From Nanobdellota archaeon (GTDB taxonomy: Archaea; Nanobdellota; Nanobdellia; Parvarchaeales; Parvarchaeaceae): a DNA stretch of 64,000 nucleotides. The stretch covers positions 140,253 through 204,252 of the forward strand of contig JAKAPK010000002.1 in the NCBI GenBank assembly GCA_021807125.1, in the 5' to 3' direction. Below, in pieces: positions 27,169 through 35,776 of this stretch (position 1 is its first letter; each line of letters starts with the position of its first letter). The notes under the pieces were generated by a model that saw only the letters and a list, made by a program, of their open reading frames with translations, was not told the origin of the DNA and searched no databases. The translations under genes and the position numbers were made by a program.

Positions 27169-27417
27169 TCATCTTTTAGATGTTTTTGACTCTAAACGTG
27201 ACTTCCAGATTATGAAAGCCACCAAGGAAACTATAAAAGCGGCTATGACCAGGATATTTTCCTTTATTGGTATGTAAACTGAAAGGTTTTGACTGTAAAC
27301 TATATCCGGTGATATCAGATTCTGTATGGATATGTAGCCCCATACAAGCATGCCATATACCCATATACCCTCCAACAGGGCATCTACAGCAAATATTTTG
27401 GATAGTTTTAATTTCAT
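27169..27417 (-). CDS. Small membrane protein (82 aa)
   Basis: Two TM helices; 4-nt overlap with the upstream gene. Confidence 0.65.
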   Translation of the reverse strand: MKLKLSKIFAVDALLEGIWVYGMLVWGYISIQNLISPDIVYSQNLSVYIPIKENILVIAAFIVSLVAFIIWKSRLESKTSKR

Positions 27418-28442
27418 ATTTCTATTCTTATATTATTCTTTTTATTCCAAATAAGCTTGTTCATAAAGAATACGGACATTGCGGACATTGCAACGAGTAT
27501 CGCTATAGAGAATACTTTATCGTAGAACCTCCCGATAGGCAGGAACATGGAGATTAGTCCTATCATTATAATGTCTGCTGCAAGCACCAACGTCCCTATT
27601 ATGCTAAAAGCTCCAAGTCGCCTAAACGTTGGCATATTTATGTTGTTATTTAAACTTATTTTCTCATTCATTAAGAAATTTGAAAGCAGACTTACTTCTC
27701 CTCCGATAAATACTGCTGTTGGGTAGAAGAAACCTATACTCAGACTAAAATATACGAATAAGATATTCACTACATAAGCGAGGAAGCTGAAAACGCTGTA
27801 AAGCAGTGAGGACTTGTTGAAGCTCTTTATTATCGATGAAATGACATCTCTGATACCAACAATTTTCTTGGATGCGGATTCCTGAGATTTGTTTATTATT
27901 TCCTTAGTTTTAAGGCCTTTGTTATTGAGTATATTCAACGCTTCAGAAAGAAATGCCCTACCGGTGAGTTTTGAGTCTTTTATACAGTTAACGGCCTCTT
28001 TTGTGTAGATACGATTCATCGAAAAGACGTTGTACACGTTATGAAAAGAGAACACGTTTACTATCTCCGTGGCTATAGTTTCTTTAATCGAGCGCCTGTG
28101 CGATTCTATTATGTTTCCTGTGCCTAAGTAAGGTATAAACCAAGGAGCGTTTTTAACGGAATAACTCTCAAACGTTACAACGTTCTCGGCACCAAACTCT
28201 ATCGCAGCGGAAAGCCCGCTTCTTAGCGCGTCTCCAAACGAGCTTCCATGTGTAAACCTTATTACCTTAATATTCCTGAATAATTGATCGTTATACGGCA
28301 TCGTGTTACCGACGAGCGCAATCGTTCCCTTTTCCGACTTTGAATCCAGTTCTGCAAGAAAACTAATTGCATTCTCTTTGCTTATGTTATTAAAAAATGG
28401 GAGAAACAATACCGTCTTACTCGGATCCATGTAATCTAACAA
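27414..28442 (-). CDS. Degenerate GT2 glycosyltransferase fused to a GtrA-like membrane domain
   Basis: PFFNN, LVGN, FGDALRSG and VVTFES align with GT2 PAYNE, VVDD, KGxAxxxG and xxxxDAD; C-terminal EVSLLSNFLMN is GtrA-like. Confidence 0.6.
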   Translation of the reverse strand: MLDYMDPSKTVLFLPFFNNISKENAISFLAELDSKSEKGTIALVGNTMPYNDQLFRNIKVIRFTHGSSFGDALRSGLSAAIEFGAENVVTFESYSVKNAPWFIPYLGTGNIIESHRRSIKETIATEIVNVFSFHNVYNVFSMNRIYTKEAVNCIKDSKLTGRAFLSEALNILNNKGLKTKEIINKSQESASKKIVGIRDVISSIIKSFNKSSLLYSVFSFLAYVVNILFVYFSLSIGFFYPTAVFIGGEVSLLSNFLMNEKISLNNNINMPTFRRLGAFSIIGTLVLAADIIMIGLISMFLPIGRFYDKVFSIAILVAMSAMSVFFMNKLIWNKKNNIRIEI

Positions 28443-28661
28443 AGCAAGCGGTAATATTTAAGCCTATAGTTACTTATAAAGAGTAACCATAATTATATGA
28501 TATCATAATTAGTGATATTTAATTTAGTGACCGGCACGAAAATATTTATATGTGCTTACTGCTAGCAGAATTACTTCTAAGACTGAAACATATCTGCCGT
28601 TTTCGTTAAATGGTTAAATATGCGCTCTCTTCTTGGAAATAATAAAGGACGTTAAAATTCT

Positions 28662-29360
28662 ATGGTATCGGATTTTAGTATAAAAGAGATAACGGCATTC
28701 AAAGAAGGTATGTCATATACCAGTGGAATGACGTTCATGGATCGGAAAATATTTGACAGATACTTGCTTGAAAGTGCCCTTTGTGATTTGCGAAAAGATC
28801 TTGAAAGTCGACCCTCCGCAAAAAAATATCTTTCGCTAACGCAACTTTACATACCGAAATTCTCCAGCGCCGACTTCAAAGGTGCCGTGCATGGCTGTTT
28901 TTATGAGGACGACGGCATATGTTATGTAGATCAAGAATATATAGAGACCTCTACTTTAGGAGGGCTCAAGAAAACCTGTCTTCATGAAGAAGCCCACAGA
29001 CTAGCACACATTCTGAAAGCGGATTCCGGGGACATTGTACACTCTGAAAAATGGGCAAAGACAATGCTAGACATTGGCGGGGAGCTACCATATTACTACA
29101 CAAGGTGCAGTGCATGTGGAATAGAGAGAATGGTTGATACACCCTTATTCTATGGTGGCAGATGCAACTGTGGAAAAGACATATCTGGGGATAGCATATT
29201 TATGATAAACTCTGGCAGGTTGATAGGTGCCGGGCAAAGAAACTCTGCGGTTCAAGTAATAAAACGCTCGATAACAGGAGCAAAAAGACTAATCATAATA
29301 GGCAATCAAAAGGTGTACGTGAACCGCGAGAAAGGTTCAAAATTTGATGAATACATTTAA
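28662..29360 (+). CDS. SprT-like zinc metalloprotease
   Basis: LHEEAH (HExxH), HSEKW third-ligand segment, YYYTRCSACG...CNCG zinc knuckle. Confidence 0.75.
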   Translation: MVSDFSIKEITAFKEGMSYTSGMTFMDRKIFDRYLLESALCDLRKDLESRPSAKKYLSLTQLYIPKFSSADFKGAVHGCFYEDDGICYVDQEYIETSTLGGLKKTCLHEEAHRLAHILKADSGDIVHSEKWAKTMLDIGGELPYYYTRCSACGIERMVDTPLFYGGRCNCGKDISGDSIFMINSGRLIGAGQRNSAVQVIKRSITGAKRLIIIGNQKVYVNREKGSKFDEYI

Positions 29361-29431
29361 GTTAGCTGTTAATTTAACGTCACCTAACTGCATTTTAAAA
29401 TTTTAAATAGTAATAACAAATTTAAATTTTT

Positions 29432-30184
29432 ATGGTATACGCATCTAAAGTTTTTGGTGGAATTTTGGGATTATTTTTGGGTGAAGCGATTAGTATACTT
29501 ATTGGACTAGGAGGAGTATTAGCAGTTTTGTTATTAGCAGCAGGGGTGGTTTTTGGAGTGTTCTTATCCGACGTAGTAACGGGCCGCGCGTTGCACTCAA
29601 GGGTCTTGCGCTCCAAAATCAAAAAACTGTTCTCGAATAGACTGTTTTCATTCTCTTTCTCTCTTGCCTCGGCCGTATGTGCTACTGCAATCGTAGTTCT
29701 GATACTTATCGAAGGGTGGAGTATACTGACCTTCAATCCGAATAGCCTTGCTAATGAATATGCGGTATACGCTTCTCAGACGGGCAATTCGACAGCGCAG
29801 AATATAGCACTATATATACTCACTGCCGTACAAGGGGCTACAGCGCTTAAGAGTGGATTTATGGTGTTCCTGCCGTTAATGGCTGTATGCGCTTCTATGC
29901 TGTTTTTAGCTTCATTTTATCTTATATCAAAAAGGAGAGAAAACGTGATGCTTGGTGCCATACTTTGCGTTATATTCGGACTATCTGGGATAATCGGCTT
30001 GATTGTTGCGTTGCCAATTGTACCAATATACATCGTTACGCTGTTTAATTTCTTGGGAACAACGGGACAGAACATACCTTTGTATGCTACAGTTAGCTAT
30101 CTGCTGTTTGTGTCCTATTTGATACTCGCCGTGTGCGGTTCGTTGTTTGGATTTTATAGGGCCAACTATATGTCTGTTGAGTAA
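29432..30184 (+). CDS. Hypothetical multi-pass membrane protein
   Basis: About six hydrophobic helices. Confidence 0.7.
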   Translation: MVYASKVFGGILGLFLGEAISILIGLGGVLAVLLLAAGVVFGVFLSDVVTGRALHSRVLRSKIKKLFSNRLFSFSFSLASAVCATAIVVLILIEGWSILTFNPNSLANEYAVYASQTGNSTAQNIALYILTAVQGATALKSGFMVFLPLMAVCASMLFLASFYLISKRRENVMLGAILCVIFGLSGIIGLIVALPIVPIYIVTLFNFLGTTGQNIPLYATVSYLLFVSYLILAVCGSLFGFYRANYMSVE

Positions 30185-30225
30185 TTTATAAATATTTAGC
30201 GTGAAATAAGTTATCTGGTGAGATT

Positions 30226-31302
30226 ATGAGTGTATCAAAGATAATGACTAAAAAGGTAGTTTCTATCGATGGAAACGAGAACATAAGCAAAGCCCTTGAT
30301 ATTATGGACTCAAAGGGCATAAAGGAGCTGCCAGTAGTGTCAAAAAACAAATACATCGGGCTTCTTCTGTATTATGACCTTATATCAAAAGACGTAATGG
30401 ATCAAAAAGCTAAGGTTTTAAGATTCATAAGAAAAACTCATGTGTTGGGTCCTAAAGATCCGATAGAACGGGCCCTATCAATAATACAGGGTAGCGGTGT
30501 TGGCGCGATACCTATACTCGATGAAAAACGTATCATAGGGATAGTATCAGATTATGATTTGTTTAAGATATTGATAAACAACCGTGTGTTCGATAACCTT
30601 AAGGTAGAAGATGTTATACTGCGCAGATTCCCCATATTAAGACCGGAAGATAGCATAGCAAAAGCGAACGACCTCGCCGCTGCTAACAGAATAGACCGCG
30701 TCCCTATAGTGGATAACTTCAACCACGTAGTCGGAGAAGTGCTCGTTTCTGATATATTAAAGTACATATTCAAGACGACCGTAAAGGACAGAACAGGTAA
30801 AAAGGACAAATTTTACCAGGAAGTTTTGCCACAGAACCGAAGCGTTATGGAAATCGCAGTCAGAGAATTACCTCCAATATCGTTGACAATGAATTTAAGA
30901 AGGGCGTTGGAAATAATGCTGGTTATGAAGATAAAAGGAACGGTCGTCACGGATAACGACAACGTACCTGTCGGAGTGCTTAGCAGACTTAAAATACTAG
31001 ACATGTTAGGTGGAAAGAACCTGGGCGATGAAATAAGTATAGAAATATCCGGCGATCAGGACTGGGAATTCACGCTTTTCGTTCGCGGTGAAATAAACCG
31101 CAGAGAGAAATACCTAAGTAAACTCGGAAACATAACTAAGATAAAGGTCCACGTTAAAAAAGTGCATGATGTCATAGGAAAGTATCAGATAAACATGCTT
31201 GTTTTCGGCAACAAGAAGCTCAATGTAAAGGTTGACGGACTTCGAAAAGAACTATTAATGAGAGAAGCCTTGGACAAGCTAGAGAACATGCTTGGAGAAT
31301 GA
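30226..31302 (+). CDS. Four-CBS-domain protein with C-terminal HPF/RaiA-like domain
   Basis: CBS repeats (VSKIMTKKVVSI, LPVV, VPIVD, GVLSRLKIL); last 90 aa follow a beta-alpha-beta-beta-beta-alpha pattern ending EALDKLENML. Confidence 0.75.
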   Translation: MSVSKIMTKKVVSIDGNENISKALDIMDSKGIKELPVVSKNKYIGLLLYYDLISKDVMDQKAKVLRFIRKTHVLGPKDPIERALSIIQGSGVGAIPILDEKRIIGIVSDYDLFKILINNRVFDNLKVEDVILRRFPILRPEDSIAKANDLAAANRIDRVPIVDNFNHVVGEVLVSDILKYIFKTTVKDRTGKKDKFYQEVLPQNRSVMEIAVRELPPISLTMNLRRALEIMLVMKIKGTVVTDNDNVPVGVLSRLKILDMLGGKNLGDEISIEISGDQDWEFTLFVRGEINRREKYLSKLGNITKIKVHVKKVHDVIGKYQINMLVFGNKKLNVKVDGLRKELLMREALDKLENMLGE

Positions 31303-31333
31303 ACTCTCAATAAATTAGCGGTATTTTGGTCCT

Positions 31334-34300
31334 TTATAATCTTGGAGATGCCGTTGCTATTGCATCTGGGTTTGTTCCAACGCTTACCGTACCTATGACT
31401 GCAGTGCCATTGATTACAGATATCGTGTTTGAATTGTAATTTGCAACGTATACAAAGTGTCCAATCTCGCCGTAAGCTATAGCTACCGGATCTGTTCCTA
31501 CCGCTATCGTTGATATAACTGCATCCGTACTGGTATTTATAATATCAACATTGTTGGAGCCGGAATCGGCAACGTACAAAAGTTTATTCACGGAATCATA
31601 TGCTAGTGCAGATGGATTTGTACCAACAGATAAATTGGCTATATTTTTATACGAAGTCGCATTCAATACCGAAACGGTATTTGAGCCGGAATTCGTCACA
31701 TACAAAAGATTATTCAATGAATCAAAAAACATGGAAGAAGGCTGCGTCTGCACGGGCGCGCTTGTAATTAGTTGAGGAACTGGATTCGTGTATAATCCAG
31801 TAGTTATGTTTATGAAGTCTACTCTTTCATTAGTGCTGTCCAGAGCGTATGCGGTTCCTGGGTAGATATTCGAATTATCTGGCCCTGCTTTTAATTTTAC
31901 TGCCCCGTGCGAGGTTACGACTTGCGAAACGTTGCCGAATTGCAAGTCACGATAATTATTAAGAAGCATTATCCTGCTAAGTGATATAAATTCCGCACTT
32001 CCTTCATAAGAAGGGTTGCTTTTGAAATAATTCAAGGCCAGCATTTTGCTTTTTAAAGCTTGACCTGTCACCGTCGTCACATTAACAGAGTAAAGCAATC
32101 CTGTCGAATTGTAGATTAATACTTCCGGAGTCGCCCCGTTAAGACTAAGCAATGTACCGTTTGGATCATCGAAAGTTCCTATGTTTTGTGTTCCATTTAT
32201 AACGATTGTGTACTCGGTGCTCCCATGTGTAAATTGCCCGTACAATAGCTTGTTAACGCTGTCATAAAAGTCAGACGTTATGTTTCCATCGGTAGACACG
32301 TTAGCCAGCCTGCTTGTGCCGCTTATTACCGAATCGTACGACGGTAAACCAACAATATTAGTAACTGTATATTCTCCGTCATAAATGTAACCATTTTTAC
32401 CCTGTATAAGGTAAATACCACCAGAACCAGATGCTGGAGAACCTGATACTGTTGGTTCAGTTATATTGGCTACATTAGATGCACCATTGAACACGAAGGT
32501 TTCGTTTGAACCTCCGATATATGCATAATTATTGACTGAATCGAAAACCATGGGGTAAGTGCAGCCGCTCATGTCCTGTGAATGCCCTCCGTTTAGGGTT
32601 ATATTATTTACGTTTGCAGTACCGCTTATTACTGAAACGTTGTACAGGTTATAACATGACCCAAATGCGCCATTCTTTACAGATACTCCTACATATAAGT
32701 ATCCGTTGCCTACGGTTTCTGTCTGACCTGCAACTACTCCACCACCCTCCCAACGGTCAGTAGTATTGCCGACGAGAGCCGTGCCTTGTATCACAAGTAC
32801 ACGCGCTGGATTCGAAGAGGGTCCAGTATAGGATCCACTCCCTACTACATTATTCCAACTTTGGACCACATAAACATATCCATTCGTATACATTAAAGAC
32901 GGATTTGACAATATTGTACCTAAGGAAATATTACCTACCATAGAAACGCCATTAAACACGTACACTCTGTCTGGTATGCCGAAATTATTGGATATCATCA
33001 GATAATACATATAACCATTTGCAGAATCATATACGTAATTTGAAACGCCGCCGTTAGGGAAAATGTTTGAGTAATTAGCTATTATTTTGGTGCCATTTAT
33101 CACGTATATCCCTGCTCCATAACATGGCGTAAGGCATACCGTACTTGTCCTGTACGTTTCATAGATAAATTTGTTATTTGGATCGTAAGTTACGTTTTGT
33201 ATGACGACAGGTGTATAGATTGAACCGGTCATGTTATCAGAAGAGGAATTCACAATCAACGTCAATTGTGCACCTAGTGCATTGTAGTCTTGTGCAAAAT
33301 ACATATAACCGTTTGCAGAATCATACGCTTCCTGTTCCGGTTTTATTGATTGGTATGTATCCTTTATTGAAACTGAAGACCGCGCAGAATTGGTGTAGTT
33401 TAAAAATTCTATAAGGTCAGATTTAGAGTCACCAACATATACTCCACTTTCATTTCCAAATTCACCGTTGTTGTTGAGTAGCACTGGCGACCAACCAACG
33501 CTCAAATTATCAATATTTGTAGTTCCATTTATTATTGAAGTCGTATTCGATTCTGGGTTTGCTACAAATACTAATCCCATTTTTGGATTATATTCGACGA
33601 CTGAAGGATGCAATCCGACAGAAAGCGTTGCACTGTGCAACGTGCCGTTAATAACTGATAGAGAATCAGATCCGTTGTTTGCAACGAACGCCTCTATGCA
33701 CGTTGGTGTTGTATTAACAAAAGATAGTGTGTAAGATCCTCCTGCAGAGAAGCTAGTGGAAGACGGGGACGGGTAGTGATCACAGTAATTGTAAAATATC
33801 GGTATTCCTGAAAACTTGAAGGAGCCAGATTTGTTTGTTGTAATGTTTATTGTTGCTTTATTCGAGCCTGCGGATACGTTCGCATAGGTGATATTCCATA
33901 AAGTAGACAGTGGCAAACCTAACTCGCCGAAGGTCGTTACGCATGACGTCGCAGAATAAGTGAGAGACTTTGTTGTACCCGCGACTGCATATCCGCCGCT
34001 TTTTGATGGTTTAAATACGCATCCTCCACTCGAGACATTGTACGCTGTGAAGGAAAAGTTGCCGGATGCGGTAGTAAATTTAACTGAAGTTGACGTCGAG
34101 GTATTATATAGTGTGTCGTATGTAATATTCCAATTGGTACCGGAAGGAAGACCTGATTCGGTGAAAGTTGTGATGCAGGCCGTGGATACGACGGAGAAGG
34201 TTATAGTGTACAAGCTGCCAGTAACTTTGTATCCTGAAGCTGAAGATGGTGCATACTTTGTTGTACAGCCGCTGACGGTATAATTCGCCGTTGAAACCAA

Positions 34301-35698
34301 GAATGAATAGTTTCCTGCTGGTATCCTGAAGTACTTAGTAGCTGCGCTGTTGGCTATGGTCTGGCCATCGTATTCCATCTTCCAGTATGCTGACGAAGGA
34401 AGTCCGGATTCAGTGAAGTTGGTATAAACGCACGGTTGCGACGAGAATGTTATAAGCTCGGTTGAGCCGGCGACAATATATCCCGAAGAAGGAGAAGCGA
34501 CATAAATCGTGCTTGTACAGCTGCCGACGTTAGGTATCATATACGAGAAATTGCCGTTTGATGTAGCGAATTCTATAGTCGACGAAGAAGTGGATTCCGT
34601 TATATTATGATACTTTGCGCTCCACAGCGTAGCAGCTGGAAGACCTGTCTCTGTAAAGGATGTAACCGCTGCAGTAGAAGCATTAAATCCTATCAAAGAC
34701 ACTGCATTTCCCGGGGCCCTCGTATAGCCGTTGCATATATCCGTGGACTGATGACCTATCTCGGAGTCGGTCGCGTTGACGTCTGCAGTGGTGTAATTAA
34801 GATATTCGTTGCCGTTTCCTGACGCCCCATCGCATAAGAACAGGGTCGATGAAGCCGACAAAGACACTGCAACGTTATGTACCGTCGAGCTGGACGAGCC
34901 ATTAACTGTATAATCGCATGCTGAACCGCCGAAAACGTAAGCTGTGAGTGACACGTAGTTGGAATTTTGGGTATCGTTTACGTAGTACGTCCCTGCTGAT
35001 TGCGAAGGACATACCGCGAGCGTGGCGTTCTCTAAAGCGTCGGAGGAAGACTGCCGCTCTACGAAATAGCAACTAGATGGCATCTTGAACGTGCTGAACG
35101 GGTCAAAGCCGCTAGCAGCGGCTAAGACAACGAACGTACTCGGGCTTGAAACGGAATATTGTAGGCTATCAGTACCGCCACTTGAATTATCACTGAAAGT
35201 GTATTTTGAATATGAAAGAGAACAGCTTATTACACTGCTAGGGTATACTGCAGAATTAAGGTTCTGCACTCTTATCGTACCAGTAGTCGACGTGTTTGCA
35301 TTGCTACTAACCAAGGTATAAAATATTGTTCCGATAACTGATATTGTGCTACCGGAAAACACGCCTTTTATGTAGCAGCTCACGTATTGTCCCGGTGTAA
35401 GCACAACGTTCGTGCAGTTATTTTGCGCAAATGTAGTGCTTCCGAAAAGCACTGTAACATTGTTTATCCTTATTGTCTGTCCGTACTGGTTAGTAATTGC
35501 AATCTTGAAAAAACTGTTATTGGCGACTGCCGTTGTCACTGGGACATCGGAGAAACCGGTTATTAACGGAGTGCTAGTGACGTTTGTAGTCGGGTTAAAT
35601 ATACCGAATGAGAACAACACAGCTGCTACTAATACTATGATTAGTATCGCCCAGCCATAGGTCATCATGTACTCTAGAGCCGACTGTGACTTAGACAT
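31334..35698 (-). CDS. 1454-aa pilin-tipped surface protein with FTExGLP repeats and YVTN beta-propellers
   Basis: MSKSQSALEYMMTYGWAILII class III signal; four FxExGLP...W repeats; VANxGSNTVSVI YVTN blades; rich in N-x-S/T sequons. Confidence 0.85.
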   Translation of the reverse strand: MSKSQSALEYMMTYGWAILIIVLVAAVLFSFGIFNPTTNVTSTPLITGFSDVPVTTAVANNSFFKIAITNQYGQTIRINNVTVLFGSTTFAQNNCTNVVLTPGQYVSCYIKGVFSGSTISVIGTIFYTLVSSNANTSTTGTIRVQNLNSAVYPSSVISCSLSYSKYTFSDNSSGGTDSLQYSVSSPSTFVVLAAASGFDPFSTFKMPSSCYFVERQSSSDALENATLAVCPSQSAGTYYVNDTQNSNYVSLTAYVFGGSACDYTVNGSSSSTVHNVAVSLSASSTLFLCDGASGNGNEYLNYTTADVNATDSEIGHQSTDICNGYTRAPGNAVSLIGFNASTAAVTSFTETGLPAATLWSAKYHNITESTSSSTIEFATSNGNFSYMIPNVGSCTSTIYVASPSSGYIVAGSTELITFSSQPCVYTNFTESGLPSSAYWKMEYDGQTIANSAATKYFRIPAGNYSFLVSTANYTVSGCTTKYAPSSASGYKVTGSLYTITFSVVSTACITTFTESGLPSGTNWNITYDTLYNTSTSTSVKFTTASGNFSFTAYNVSSGGCVFKPSKSGGYAVAGTTKSLTYSATSCVTTFGELGLPLSTLWNITYANVSAGSNKATINITTNKSGSFKFSGIPIFYNYCDHYPSPSSTSFSAGGSYTLSFVNTTPTCIEAFVANNGSDSLSVINGTLHSATLSVGLHPSVVEYNPKMGLVFVANPESNTTSIINGTTNIDNLSVGWSPVLLNNNGEFGNESGVYVGDSKSDLIEFLNYTNSARSSVSIKDTYQSIKPEQEAYDSANGYMYFAQDYNALGAQLTLIVNSSSDNMTGSIYTPVVIQNVTYDPNNKFIYETYRTSTVCLTPCYGAGIYVINGTKIIANYSNIFPNGGVSNYVYDSANGYMYYLMISNNFGIPDRVYVFNGVSMVGNISLGTILSNPSLMYTNGYVYVVQSWNNVVGSGSYTGPSSNPARVLVIQGTALVGNTTDRWEGGGVVAGQTETVGNGYLYVGVSVKNGAFGSCYNLYNVSVISGTANVNNITLNGGHSQDMSGCTYPMVFDSVNNYAYIGGSNETFVFNGASNVANITEPTVSGSPASGSGGIYLIQGKNGYIYDGEYTVTNIVGLPSYDSVISGTSRLANVSTDGNITSDFYDSVNKLLYGQFTHGSTEYTIVINGTQNIGTFDDPNGTLLSLNGATPEVLIYNSTGLLYSVNVTTVTGQALKSKMLALNYFKSNPSYEGSAEFISLSRIMLLNNYRDLQFGNVSQVVTSHGAVKLKAGPDNSNIYPGTAYALDSTNERVDFINITTGLYTNPVPQLITSAPVQTQPSSMFFDSLNNLLYVTNSGSNTVSVLNATSYKNIANLSVGTNPSALAYDSVNKLLYVADSGSNNVDIINTSTDAVISTIAVGTDPVAIAYGEIGHFVYVANYNSNTISVINGTAVIGTVSVGTNPDAIATASPRL

Positions 35699-35776
35699 AT
35701 AAACGTGTATAATAAAGCGAAGCCACTCAAGTTTATAAACTTTAAATGAATAAAAACTGTTCCGGTAACAAAACGC

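Noticed and set aside
31551-35660. Plus-strand ORFs antisense to the 1454-aa surface protein
   Set aside because: Shadow ORFs from Ser/Thr/Asn codon bias; the same applies to antisense ORFs over top6B, elp3, ftsY, polC, alaS, polB and glmS.
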